NCBI GenBank assembly: GCA_026770705.1
Contig: JANJGN010000150.1
Location: forward strand, 992,168-1,056,000
Source of the DNA: Isurus oxyrinchus
Lineage: Eukaryota
Direction of reading: 5' to 3'
DNA length: 63,833 nt
Below the pieces are notes generated by a model. That model did not search any database. It was not told the DNA's origin and saw only the letters and a program-made list of their open reading frames with translations. Shown piece after piece: positions 24,418 through 38,235 of this stretch. Position 1 is the first letter of the stretch; each line of letters begins with the position of its first letter. The position numbers and the translations under genes are program-made.

Positions 24418-26137
24418 GTAATATCTTCAGCTCTGACAGATTTATGGGTAATAGTCTTTGTAAAAGAGCATTCTTATTGATCTGTGATTGGGAACCGATT
24501 CAGCAGTGACACGGTCTACAAACTCACACCAAGTCCCAATCACCGAACAGCCCTGTGCTCACTTATATACACGGACTTCTTGTACGACAGCAGAATTGGA
24601 GGAGAGCAGAGGTCTTGGGTGGTTGTAGAGTCTGGTGGAGGTTACAGAGTTAGACAGGTTTGTAGAAGCTAGAGCAGAATCTTAAAATTCAGTAGCTGTC
24701 GGACCTTTGTCAGTGAGCAATGGGGATTGAAGGGTCGAGTAGAGAAGCAGGGATAAATAATGGGGGATGAAGTCCATCCTAATGTGAGGTCTCCGATATC
24801 AATGGCCTGAAATATGTGCCCGTTGCTGCCTTTATTCGAAATTGCCCATGAAGACAACACAGCAGCTCCTAGAATAGACAGGCTGTTCAGTGTCACACTT
24901 CCTGTCCATTCTCACCATGCTAGATACTTCAATAAGGGAGCAAGATAACTGAAAGAGACAGGAAGGCAAAGCTGTCTGTGTGTAAAACTGTCAAATATTC
25001 TGAGTTCTCATGAGCGTCTCTGATCTGCTGCAGAGTTTAAATTTCACAGAATCTTAGCACTTTGCAGCTCAGAGAGAGACCATTGACTCACTGCCTGAAA
25101 GGGCAGTGGAAGCAGATTCAACAGGAACTTTCAGAAGGGGAACTGGATAAATACTTGAAGGGGACATTTTGCAGGGCTGTGGGGGAGAGAGCAGAGGTGA
25201 GAGTGGGAATAATTGGACAGATCTTTCAAAGCCTCAACTATTCACAATCTACATTAGTGACTTGGATGAAGAGACTGATTGTACTGTAGGCAGATTTTCT
25301 GACTGTGTGGTGAAGATAGGTCGGAAATATGTAAGCTGGGCAGGAAAGCAAGTTGTGAGGAGGGCACAAAGAGGCGGTAGAGGGAGACAAATAGTTTTAG
25401 TGGGTGGACAAAAAAATGAATGGTTGGCATATAAGGGGGGAAATGTCAGGGTGTCCAGCTGATCCTACTTGTTCTGCTCTTATATTCTCATACAGACACA
25501 GGGTTTACTGACAGTGCACAGCAAAGTGCTGTTCTCTCACTTTGTTCCAACTTCCTCATTTTGTCTCACATTGATACATCAGCTCTTTCTAATTAAATAC
25601 ACAGAGGGAGCAGCACAGGAAGAGGTCATTCAGCCCAAGCAGAGCGTGTGGGCAGTTCCTCCCCAGGCGAGCAGTCGGACAGGTCCTGGGTAAGTAACGG
25701 AATGATTGGAATTCACTTCCACGACCAACACCGTCCTTTTTGATGTTGTGACTTTATAAAGACAGATTCCAATGATTGATGCCGTTGAAAGATTTCTACT
25801 GATTATTGAGATCTGGGTGTGAGGTTCAAGTCTGATGTACAGAACATCTTTCTAGCTCAAGGGATGAGACAAGTGCAGAGACATGAGATTTGGGATGTCC
25901 TAGATGGTGAAGAGCACTATTGAAATGCAAGTCCTTCCTTGCTTTTCTTTCTTAAAGCCTTGTAGCTCACTGCAGAGCACCTATCATCCCGCAGAGAACC
26001 AAATTAGTATATGAAGACATTGTCTAAAAGCAGTTCTGATCTCTCGAGAGCTGTCGGACAAGAGGTGAGGTCTCATTAAATCCATTTTCTTTCAGAGCTT
26101 GAGAGTGAGAAACTGATGAAATATCTGGGAGTGGACA

Positions 26138-26177
26138 ATGATCGGGAAATCTTACTTCGTCCTGTCGCTTCTCCAAG
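26138..26177 (+). CDS. Leader exon coding part, unit 10: MIGKSYFVLSLLQ
   Basis: Intact ATG, frame and donor. Confidence 0.55.
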
Positions 26178-27898
26178 GTAATATCATCAGCTTGAACAGA
26201 TTTATGGTTAATAGTCTTTGTAAAAGATCATTCTCATTGATCTGTGATTGGGAACTGATTCAGCAGTGAGCCATTGTACAAACTCAAACCAAGTCTCATT
26301 CACCCATCAGCCCTGTGCTCACTGGTATACACTGACTCCCTGTCTGACTGCAGAATTGGAGGAGAGCAGAGATCCAGGATGGTTGTAGAGGCTGGAGGAG
26401 GTTACATACATAGGCAGGATAGTAGCAGCGAGAGCAAAATCTTAAAATTCAGGTGATGTTGGACATTGGTCATTGAGCAATGGGGATTGATGGGTTGAGT
26501 AGAGAAGCAGGGATAAATACTGGGGGATGTAGTCTATTCTGCTGCAAGGTCTCCGATAGCAATGGTCTGAAATTTGTGTCCTTTGCTGCCTTTATTCAAA
26601 ATATCCCATGAAGACAACACAGCAGCTCCTAGAATAGACAGGCTGTTCAGTATCACGCTTCCTGTCCAGTATCACCATGCTAGATACTTCAATAAGGGAG
26701 AAGATAACTGAAAGAGAAAAGGAAGGTTAAGCTCTCTCTGTGTAAATGTCTCAAATATTCTGAGTTCTCATGATTGTCTCTGATCTGCTACAGAGTTTAA
26801 ATTTCACAGAATCTTAGCACTTTGGAGTTCAGAGAGAGACCATTGACTCACTGCCTGAAAGGGCGGTGGAAACAGATTCAACAGGAACTTTCAGAAGTGG
26901 AACTGGGTAAATAGTTGAAGGGGACATTTTGTTGGGCTGTGGTGGAGAGAGCAGATGTGAGAGTGGGAATAATTGGACAGATCTTTCAAAGCCTCAACTA
27001 TTCACAAACTACAATGGCGACTTGGATGAAGAGACTGACTGTACTGTAGACAGATTTTCTGTCTGGTGCAGATAGGTACGAAATATATAAGCTGTGCAGG
27101 AAAGCAAGTTGTGAGGAGGGCACAAAGAGGCTGGAGAGGCAGATAAATAGTTTCAGTGAGTGGATAAAAAAATGAGTGGTTGGCATATAAGGAGGGAAAA
27201 TGTCAGGGTGTCCAGCTGATCCTACTTGTTCTGCTCTTATATTCTTATACAGACACAAGGTTTACTGACAGTGCACAGCAAAGTGCTGTTCTCTCACTTT
27301 GTTCCAACTTCCTCATTTTGACTCACAGTGAAATATCAGCTCTTTCTAATTAAATACACAGAGGGAGCAGCACAGGAAGAGGTCATTCAGCCTTAGCAGA
27401 GCGTGTGGGCATGTTCCTCCCCAGGCGAGCAGTCGGACAGGTCCTGGGTAAGTAACAGAACAATTGGAATTCACTTCAATGACCAGCACCGGGCTTTAGT
27501 TGATGTTGTGACTTTATAAAGACAGATTCCAATGATTGATGCCTTTGAAAGATTTCTACTGATTATTGAGATCTGGGTGTGAGACTCAAGTCTGTTGTAC
27601 AGAACATCTTTCTAGCTCAAGGGATGAGGGAAGTGCAGAGACATGAGCTTTGGGACGTCTTGAGGTGGTGAAAGGTGCTATAGAAATGAAAGTCCTTCCT
27701 TGTTTTTCTTTCTTAAAGCCTTGTTACTCTCTGCAGAGCACCTATCATCGCACATAGAATCAAATTAGTCGGTGAAGACATTATTTAAAAGCAGTTCTGA
27801 TCTCTCGACCGCTGTCGGACAAGACGTGAGGTCTCATTAACTCCTTTCTCTTTCAGACCTTGAGAGTGAGAAGCTGATGTAATATCTGGGAGTGGACA

Positions 27899-27938
27899 AT
27901 GATCGGGAAATCTTACTTCTTCCTGTGACTTCTTCAAG
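27899..27938 (+). pseudogene. Leader exon copy, unit 11, in-frame stop (MIGKSYFFL*)
   Basis: TCA>TGA at 27926-27928. Confidence 0.7.
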
Positions 27939-29641
27939 GTAATATCATCGTCAGCTCAGACAGTTTTATGGTTAATAGTCTTTGTAAAAGGTCATTCTTA
28001 TTGATTTGTGATAGGGAACTGATTCAGCAGTGAGCCAGTGTACAAACTCACACCATATCCCATTCACCCATCACCCCTGTGCTCACTGACGTACACTGAC
28101 TCCCTGTCTGACAGCAGAATTGGAGGAGAGCAGAGGTCTTGGAGGGTTGTAGGGGCTGGAGAAGGTTACAGAGTTGGGCAGGATTGTAGCGGCGAGATCA
28201 GATGTCGGGCGTTGGCCAGTGAGCGAGGCGGAGTGATGTTTTGAGCAGGAAATCAGGGATGAAAACTGGGGGATGAAGTCTATCCCGATGCTAGGACTAT
28301 GATAGCTATAACCTGAAATTTGTATCCTTTGCTGATTTTAGTTAGAATTTCCCATGAAGACAACACAGCAGCTCCTAGAATAGACAGGCTGTTCAGTGTC
28401 ACACTTCCTGTCCATTCTCACCATGCTAGAAACTTTGATAAGGGGCAAGATAACTGAAAGAGAAAAGGAAGGCTAAGCTCTCTCTGTGTAAATGTCTCAA
28501 ATATTCTGAGTTAACCTGAGTGTCTGATCCGCTGCAGAGTATAAATTTCACAGAATCTTAGCACTTTGCAGCTCAGAGAGAGACCTTTGACTCACTGCCT
28601 GAAAGGGCGGTGGAAGCTGATTCAGCAGGAACTTTCAGAAGGGGAATTGGGTAAATACTTGAAGGGGACATTTTGTAGGGCTGTGGAGGAGAGAGAAGAG
28701 GTGAGATGGGAATAAGTGGACAGATATTTCATAGCCTCAACTATTCACAATCTATATTAGTAACTTGGATGAAGGGACTGACTGGACTGTAGGCAGATTT
28801 TCTGACTGTATGGTGCAGATAGGTACGAAATATATAAGCTGGGCAGGAAAGCAAGTTGTAAGGAGGGCACAAAGAGGCTGGAGAGGCAAATAAATAGTTT
28901 CAGTGGGTGAATAAAAAAATGAGTGGATGGAATATATGGAATGCAAATATCAGGGTGTCCAGCTGATCCTATTTGCTCTGTTCTTATATTCTTATACAGA
29001 CACAGGGTTTACTGACAGTGCACAGCAAAGTGCTGTTCTCTCACTTTGTTCCAACTTCCTCATTTTGTCTCACAGTGACACATCAACCCTTTCTAATTAA
29101 ACACACAGAAGGAGCAGCACAGGAAGAGGTCATTCAGCCCAAGCAGAGCGTGTGGGCTGTTCCTCCCCAGGCGAGCAGTCGGACAGGTCCTGGGTAAGTA
29201 ACAGAACGATTCGAATTCACTTCCACGACCAACACCGTCCTTTGTTGATGTTGTGACTTTATAAAGAGAGATTCCAATGATTGATGCCTTTGAAAGATTT
29301 CTACTGATTATTGAGATCTGGGTGTGAGGTTCAGGTCTGTTGTACAGAACATCTTTCTAGCTCAAGGGATGAGGGAAGTGCAGAGACATGAGATTTGGGA
29401 TGTCGTAGATGGTGAAAGGCGCTATGGAAATGCATACCTTCCTTGTTTTTCTTTCTTAAAGCCTTGTAACTCTCTGCAGAGCACCTATCATCCCACAGAG
29501 AACCAAATTAGTCTGTGAAGACATTGTCTAAAAGCAGTACTGATCTCTTGAGAGCTGTCAGACAAGAGGTGAGGTCTCATTAAATCCTTTTTATTTCAGA
29601 GCTTGAGAGTGAGAAACTGATGAAATATCTGGGAGTGGACA

Positions 29642-29681
29642 ATGATCGGGAAATCTTACTTCCTCCTGTCACTTCTCCAAG
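29642..29681 (+). CDS. Leader exon coding part, unit 12: MIGKSYFLLSLLQ
   Basis: Intact ATG, frame and donor. Confidence 0.55.
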
Positions 29682-31401
29682 GTAATATCGTCAGCTCGAA
29701 CAGATTTATGGTTAATAGTCTTTGTAAAAGATCATTCCCATTGAGCTGTGATTGGGAACTGATTCAGCAGTGAGCCAGTGTACAAACTCACACCAAGTCC
29801 CATTCACCCATCACCACTGTGCTCACTGGTATACACTGACTCCCTGTCTGATAGCAGAATTGGAGGACAGCAGGAGTCTTGGATGCTTGTAGATGCTGGA
29901 GGAGGTTACAGAGTTAGGCAGGATTGTAGCAGCGAGAGCAGAACCTTAAAATTCAGGTGATGTCGGACATTAGACAGTGAGCAATGGGGATTGATGGGAT
30001 GAGTAGAGAAGCATGGATAAATACTGGGGGATGTAGTCTATTCTGCTGCAAGGTCTCCGATAGCAATGGTCTGAAATTTGTGTCCTTTGCTGCCTTTATT
30101 CAAAATTTCCCATGTAGACAACACAGCAGCTCCTCGAATAGACAGGCTGTTCAGTGTCACACTTCCTGTCCATTCTCACCATGCTAGATACTTCAATAAG
30201 GGACAAGATAACTGAAAGAGAGAAGGAAGGTAAAGCTGTCTGTGTGTAAAACTGTCAAATATTTTGAGTTATCATGAGTGTATCTGATCTGCTGCAGAGT
30301 TTAAATTTCACAGAATCTTAGCACTTTGCAGCTCAGAGAGAGACCATTGACTCACTGCCTGAAAGGGCGGTGGAAGCAGATTCAACAGGAACTTTCAGAA
30401 GTGGAACTGGGTAAATAGTTGAAGGGGACATTTTGTTGGGCTGTGGTGGAGAGAGCAGATGGGAGAGTGGGAATAATTGGACAGATCTTTCAAAGCCTCA
30501 ACTATTCACAATCTACAATGGCGACTTGGATGAAGAGACTGACTGTACTGTAGACAGATTTTCTGTCTGGTGCAGATAGGTACGAAATATAGAAGCTGTG
30601 CAGGAAAGCAAGTTGTGAGGAGGGCACAAAGAGGCTGGAGAGGCAGATAAATAGTTTCAGTGAGTGGATAAAAAAATGAGTGGTTGGCATATAAGGAGGG
30701 AAAATGTCAGGGTGTCCAGCTGATCCTACTTGTTCTGCTCTTATATTCTTATACAGACACAAAGTTTACTGACAGTGTACAGCAAAGTGCTGTTCTCTCA
30801 CTTTGTTCCAACTTCCTCATTTTGTCTCACAGTGACACTTCAACCCTTTCTAATTAAATACACAGAGGGATCAGCACAGGAAGAGGTCATTCAGCCTTAG
30901 CAGAGCGTGTGGGCATGTTCCTCCCCAGGCGAGCAGTCGGACAGGTCCTGGGTAAGTAACGGAACAATTGGAATTCACTTCCACCACCAACTCCGTCCTT
31001 TGTTGATGTTGTGACTTTATAAAGACAGATTCCAATGATTGATGCCTTTGAAAGATTTCTACTGATTATTGAGATCTGGGTGTGAGACTCAAGTCTGTTG
31101 TACAGAACATCTTTCTAGCTCAAGGGATGAGGGAAGTGCACAGACATGAGCTTTGGGATGTCCTGAGGTGGTGAAAGGTGCTATAGAAATGCAAGTCCTT
31201 CCTTGTTTTTCTTTCTTAAAGCCTTGTTACTCTCTGCAGAGCACCTATCATCGCACATAGAATCAAATTAGTCGGTGAAGACATTATTTAAAAGCAGTTC
31301 TGATCTCTCGACCGCTGTCGGACAAGACGTGAGGTCTCATTAAATCCTTTCTCTTTCAGACCTTGAGAGTGAGAAGCTGATGTAATATCTGGGAGTGGAC
31401 A

Positions 31402-31441
31402 ATGATCGGGAAATCTTACTTCTTCCTGTCACTTCTCCAAG
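31402..31441 (+). CDS. Leader exon coding part, unit 13: MIGKSYFFLSLLQ
   Basis: Intact; start of ORF 31402 in the track. Confidence 0.55.
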
Positions 31442-33149
31442 GTAATATCATCGTCAGCTCAGACAGTTTTATGGTTAATAGTCTTTGTAAAAGGTCATTC
31501 TTATTGATTTGTGATAGGGAACTGATTCAGCAGTGTGCCAGTGTACAAACGCACACCATATCCCATTCACCCATCACCCCTGTGCTCACTGATATACACT
31601 GACTCCCTGTCTGACAGCAGAATTGGAGGAGAGCAGAGGTCTTGGAGGGTTGTAGGGGCTGGAGAAGGTTACAGAGTTGGGCAGGATTGTAGCGGCGAGA
31701 TCAGATGTCGGGCGTTGGCCAGTGAGCGAGGCGGAGTGATAGTTTGAGCAGGAAATCAGGGATAAATAATGGGGGATGAAGTCTATCCCGATGCTAAGAC
31801 TATGATAGCTATAAGCTGAAATTAGTGTCTGTTGCTGATTTTAGTCAGAATTTCCCATGAAGACAACACAGCAGCTCCTAGAATAGACAGGCTGTTCAGT
31901 GTCACACTTCCTGTCCATTCTCACCTTGCTAGAAACTTTGATAAGGGAGCAAGATAACTGAAAGAGAGAAGGGAGGTAAAGCTGTCTGTGTGTAAAGGTG
32001 TCAAATATTCTGAGTTATCATGAGTGTTTCTGACCTGCTGCAGAGTTTAAATTTCACAGAATCTGAGCACTTTGCAGCTCAGAGAGAGACCATTGACTCA
32101 CTGCCTGAAAGGGCGGTGGAAGCAGATTCAACAGGAACTTTCAGAAGGGGAACTGGATAAATACTTGAAGGGGACATTTTGCAGGGCTGTGGGGGAGAGA
32201 GCAGAGGTGAGATGGGAATAAGTGGACAGATCTTTCAAAGCCTCAACTATTCACAATCTACATTAGTAACTTGGATGAAGGGACTGACTGTACTGTAGGC
32301 AGATTTTCTGACTGTATGGTGCAGATAGGTACGAAATATATAAGCTGGGCAGTAAAGTAAATTGTGAGGAGGGCACAAAGAGGCTGCAGAGGGAGATAAA
32401 TAGTTTCAGTGGGTGAATAAAAAAATGAGTGGATGGAATATAAGGAATGAAAATGTCAGGGTGTCCAGCTGATCCTACTTGTTCTGTTCTTATATCCTTA
32501 TACAGACACAGGGTTTACTGACAGTGCACAGCAAAGTGCTGTTCTCTCACTTTGTTCCAACTTCCTCATTTTGTCTCACAGTGACACATCAGCTCTTTCT
32601 AATTAAATACACAGAGGGAGCAGCACAGGAAGAGGTCATTCAGCCCAAGCAGAGCGTGTGGGCAGTTCCTCCCCAGGCGAGCAGTCGGACAGGTCCTGGG
32701 TAAGTAACGGAACGATTGGAATTCACTTCCACGACCAATACCGTCCTTTGTTGATGTTGTGATTTTATAAGGACAGATTCCAATGATTGATGCCTTTGAA
32801 AGATTTCTACTGATTATTGAGATCTGGGTGTGAGGCTCAAGTCTGTTGTACAGAACATCTTTCTAGCTCAATAGATGAGGGAAGTGCAGAGACATGAGAT
32901 TTGGGATGTCCTGAGGTGGTGAAAGGTGCTATAGGAATGCAAGTCCTTCCTTGTTTTTCTTTCTTTAAGCCATATAACTCTCTGTAGAGCACCTATCATC
33001 CCACAGAGAATCAAATTAGTCTGTGAAGACATTGTCTAAAAGCAGTTCTGATCTCTCGAGTGCTGTCGGACAAGAGGTGAGGTCTCATTAACTCATTTCT
33101 CTTTCAGAGCTTGAGAGTGAGAACCTGATGAAATATCTGGGAGTGGACA

Positions 33150-33189
33150 ATGATTAGGAAATCTTTCTTCCTTCTGTCACTTCTCCAAG
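33150..33189 (+). CDS. Leader exon coding part, unit 14: MIRKSFFLLSLLQ
   Basis: Intact ATG, frame and donor. Confidence 0.55.
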
Positions 33190-34909
33190 GTAATATCTTC
33201 AGCTCTGACAGATTTATGGGTAATAGTCTTTGTAAAAGAGCATTCTTATTGATCTGTGATTGGGAACCGATTCAGCAGTGACACGGTCTACAAACTCACA
33301 CCAAGTCCCAATCACCGAACAGCCCTGTGCTCACTTATATACACGGACTTCTTGCACGACAGCAGAATTGGAGGAGAGCAGAGGTCTTGGATGGTTGTCG
33401 ATTCTGGTGGAGGTTACAGAGTTAGACAGGTTTGTAGAAGCTAGAGCAGAATCTTAAAATTCAGTAGCTGTCGGACCTTTGTCAGTGAGCAATGGGGATT
33501 GAAGGGTCGAGTAGAGAAGCAGGGATAAATAATGGGGGATGAAGTCCGTCCTAATGTGAGATCTCCGATATCAATGGCCTGAAATATGTGCCCGTTGCTG
33601 CCTTTATTCGAAATTGCCCATGAAGACAACACAGTAGCTCCAAGAATAGACAGGCTGTTCAGTGTCACACTTCCTGTCCATTCTCACCTTGCTAGATACT
33701 TCAATAAGAGAGCAAGATAACTGAAAGAGAAAGGAAGGCAAAGCTGTCTGTGTGTAAAACTGTCAAATATTCTGAGTTCTCATGATTGTCTCTGATCTGC
33801 TGCAGAGTTTAAATTTCACAGAATCTTAGCACTTTGCAGCTCAGAGAGAGACCATTGACTCACTGCCTGAAAGGGCAGTGGAAGCAGATTCAACAGGAAC
33901 TTTCAGAAGGGGAACTGGATAAATACTTGAAGGGGACATTTTGCAGGGCTATGGAGGAGAGAGTAGAGGTGAGAGTGGGAATAATTGGACAGATCTTTCA
34001 AAGCCTCAACTATTCACAATCTACATTAGTGACTTGGATGAAGAGACTGACTGTACTGTAGACAGATTTTCTGACTGTGTGGTGAAGATAGGTAGGAAAT
34101 ATGTAAGCTGGACAGGAAAGCAAGTTGTGAGGAGGGCACAAAGAGGCGGTAGAGGGAGACAAATAGTTTTAGTGGGTGGACAAAAAAATGAATGGTTGGC
34201 ATATAAGGGGGGAAATGTCAGGGTGTCCAGCTGATCCTACTTGTTCTGTTCTTATATTCTTATACAGACACAGGGTTTACTGACAGTGCACAGCAAAGTG
34301 CTGTTCTCTCACTTTGTTCCAACTTCCTCATTTTGTCTCACAGTGACACATCCACCCTTTCTAATTAAATACACAGAGGGAGCAGCACAGGAAGAGGTCA
34401 TTCAGCCCAAGCAGAGCGTGTGGGCAGTTCCTCCCCAGGCGAGCAGTCGGACAGGTCCTGGGTAAGTAACGGAATGATTGGAATTCACTTCCACGACCAA
34501 CACCGTCCTTTTTGATGTTGTGACTTTATAAAGACAGATTCCAATGATTGATGCCGTTGAAAGATTTCTACTGATTATTGAGATCTGGGTGTGAGGTTCA
34601 AGTCTGTTGTACAGAACATCTTTCTAGCTCAAGGGATGAGACAACTGCAGAGACATGAGATTTGGGATGTCCTAGATGGTGAAGAGCACTATTGAAATGC
34701 AAGTCCTTCCTTGCTTTTCTTTCTTAAAGCCTTGTAGCTCACTGCAGAGCACCTATCATCCCACAGAGAACCAAATTAGTCTATGAAGACATTGTCTAAA
34801 AGCAGTTCTGATCTCTCGAGAGCTGTCGGACAAGAGGTGAGGTCTCATTAAATCCATTTTCTTTCAGAGCTTGAGAGTGAGAAACTGATGAAATATCTGG
34901 GAGTGGACA

Positions 34910-34949
34910 ATGATCGGGAAATCTTACTTCGTCCTGTCGCTTCTCCAAG
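34910..34949 (+). CDS. Leader exon coding part, unit 15: MIGKSYFVLSLLQ
   Basis: Intact ATG, frame and donor. Confidence 0.55.
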
Positions 34950-37900
34950 GTAATATCATCAGCTTGAACAGATTTATGGTTAATAGTCTTTGTAAAAGAT
35001 CATTCTCATTGATCTGTGATTGGGAACTGATTCAGCAGTGAGCCATTGTACAAACTCAAACCAAGTCTCATTCACCCATCACAACTGTGCTCACTGGTAT
35101 ACACTGACTCCCTGTCTGACTGCAGAATTGGAGGAGAGCAGAGATCCTGGATGGTTGTAGAGGCTGGAGGAGGTTACATACATAGGCAGGATAGTAGCAG
35201 CGAGAGCAGAATCTTAAAATTCAGGTGATGTCGGACATTGGTCATTGAGCAATGGGGATTGATGGGTTGAGTAGAGAAGCAGGGATAAATACTGGGGGAT
35301 GTAGTCTATTCTGCTGCAAGGTCTCCGATAGCAATGGTCTGAAATTTGTGTCCTTTGCTGCCTTTATTCAAAATATCCCATGAAGACAACACAGCAGCTC
35401 CTAGAATAGACAAGCTGTTCAGTATCACGCTTCCTGTCCAGTATCACCATGCTAGCAACTTCAATAAGGGAGCAAGATAACTGAAAGAGAAAAGGAAGGT
35501 TAAGCTCTCTCTGTGTAAATGTCTCAAATATTCTGAGTTCTCATGATTGTCTCTGATCTGCTACAGAGTTTAAATTTCACAGAATCTTAGCACTTTGGAG
35601 TTCAGAGAGAGACCATTGACTCACTGCCTGAAAGGGCGGTGGAAACAGATTCAACAGGAACTTTCAGAAGTGGAACTGGGTAAATAGTTGAAGGGGACAT
35701 TTTGTTGGGCTGTGGTGGAGAGAGCAGATGGGAGAGTGGGAATAATTGGACAGATCTTTCAAAGCCTCAACTATTCACAATCTACAATGGCGACTTGGAT
35801 GAAGAGACTGACTGTACTGTAGACAGATTTTCTGTCTGGTGCAGATAGGTACGAAATATAGAAGCTGTGCAGGAAAGCAAGTTGTGAGGAGGGCACAAAG
35901 AGGCTGGAGAGGCAGATAAATAGTTTCAGTGAGTGGATAAAAAAATGAGTGGTTGGCATATAAGGAGGGAAAATGTCAGGGTGTCCAGCTGATCCTATTT
36001 GTTCTGCTCTTATATTCTTATACAGACACAGGGTTTACTGACAGTGCACAGCAAAGTGCTGTTCACTCACTTTGTTCCAACTTCCTCATTTTGACTCACA
36101 GTGAAATATCAGCTCTTTCTAATTAAATACACAGATGGATCAGCACAGGAAGAGGTCATTCAGCCTTAGCAGAGCGTGTGGGCATGTTCCTCCCCAGGCG
36201 AGCAGTCGGACAGGTCCTGGGTAAGTAACGGAACAATTGGAATTCACTTCAATGACCAGCACCGGGCTTTAGTTGATGTTGGGACTTTATAAAGACAGAT
36301 TCCAATGATTGATGCCTTTGAAAGATTTCTACTGATTATTGAGATCTGGGTGTGAGGCTCAAGTCTGTTGTACAGAACATCTTTCTAGCTCAAGGGATGA
36401 GGGAATTGCAGAGACATGAGCTTTGGGATGTCCTGAGGTGGTGAAAGGTGCTATAGAAATGCAAGTCCTTCCTTGTTTTTCTTTCTTAAAGCCTTGTTAC
36501 TCTCTGCAGAGCACCTATCATCGCACATAGAATCAAATTAGTCGGTGAAGCCATTATTTAAAAGCAGATCTGATCTCTCGCCCGCTGTCCCATTCACCCA
36601 TCACCACTGTGCTCACTGGTGTACACTGACTCCCTGTCTGATAGCAGAATTGGAGCAGAGCAGAGATCTTGGAGGGTTGTAGATGCTGGAGGAGGTTACA
36701 GAGTTAGGCAAGATTGTAGCAGCGAGAGCACAATCTTAAAATTCAGGTGCTGTCTGACATTGGTCAGTGAGCAATGGGGATTGATGGGTTGAGTAGAGAA
36801 GCAGGGATGAATACTGGGGGATGAAGTCTATTCTGCTACAAGGTCTCCGATAGCAATGGTCTGAAATTTGTATCCTTTGCTGCCTTTATTCAAAATTTCC
36901 CATGAAGACAACACAGCAGCTCCTAGAATAGACAGGCTGTTCAGTGTCACAGTTCCTGTCCATCCTCACCATGATAGACACTTTGATAAGGGAGCAAGAT
37001 AACTGAAAGAGAGAAGGAAGGTAAAGCTGTCTGTGTGTAAAACTGTCAAATATTCTGAGTTATCATGAGTGTCTCTGATCTGCTGCAGAGTTTAAATTTC
37101 ACAGAATCTGAGCACTTTGCAGCTCAGAGAGAGACCATTGACTCACTGCTTGAAAGGGCGGTGGAAGCAGATTCAACAGGAACTTTCAGAAGGGGAACTC
37201 GATAAATACTTGAAGGGGACATTTTGTAGGGCTGTGGAGGGGAGAGCAGAGGTGAGAGTGGGAATAATTGGACAGATCTTTCAAAGACTCAACTATTCAC
37301 AATCTATATTAGTGACTTGGATGAAGGGACTGACTGTACTGTAGACAGATTTTCTGACTGTATGGTGCAGATAGGTACGAAATATTTAAGCTGGGCAGGA
37401 AAGCAAGTTGTGAGGAGGGCACAAAGAGGCTGGAGAGGCAAATAAATAGTTTCAGTGAGTGGATAAAAAAATGAGTGGTTGGCATATAAAGAGAGAAAAT
37501 GTCAGGGTGTCCAGCTGATCCTACTTTTTCTGTTCTTATATTCTTATACAGACACAGGGTTTGCTGACAGTGCACAGCTAAGTGCTGTTCTGTCACTTTG
37601 TTCCAACTTCCTCATTTTGACTCACAGTGAAATATCAGCTCTTTCTAATTAAATACACAGATGGATCAACACAGGAAGAGGTCATTCAGCCTTAGCAGAG
37701 CGTGTGGGCATGTTCCTCCCCAGGCGAGCAGTCGGACAGGTCCTGGGTAAGTAACGGAATGATTGGAATTCACTTCCACCACCAACACCGTCCTTTGTTG
37801 ATGTTGTGACTTTATAAAGACACATTCCAATGATTGATGTCTTTGAAAGATTTCTACTGATTATTGAGATCCGAGTGTGAGGCTCAAGTCTGTTGTACAG

Positions 37901-38195
37901 AACATCTTTCTAGCTCAAGGGATGAGGGAAGTGCAGAGACATGAGCTTTGGGATGTCCTGAGATGGTGAAAGGTGCTATAGAAATGAAAGTCCTTCCTTG
38001 TTTTTTTTCTTAAAGCCTTGTTACTCTCTGCAGAGCACCTATCATCGCACATAGAATCAAATTAGTCGGTGAAGACATTATTTAAAAGCAGTTCTGATCT
38101 CTCGACTGCTGTCGGACAAGAGGTGAGGTCTCATTAACTCCTTTCTCTTTCAGACCTTGAGAGTGAGAAGCTGATGTAATAGCTGGGAGTGGACA

Positions 38196-38235
38196 ATGAT
38201 CGGGAAATCTTACTTCTTCCTGTCACTTCTCCAAG
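38196..38235 (+). CDS. Leader exon coding part, unit 17: MIGKSYFFLSLLQ
   Basis: Intact ATG, frame and donor. Confidence 0.55.
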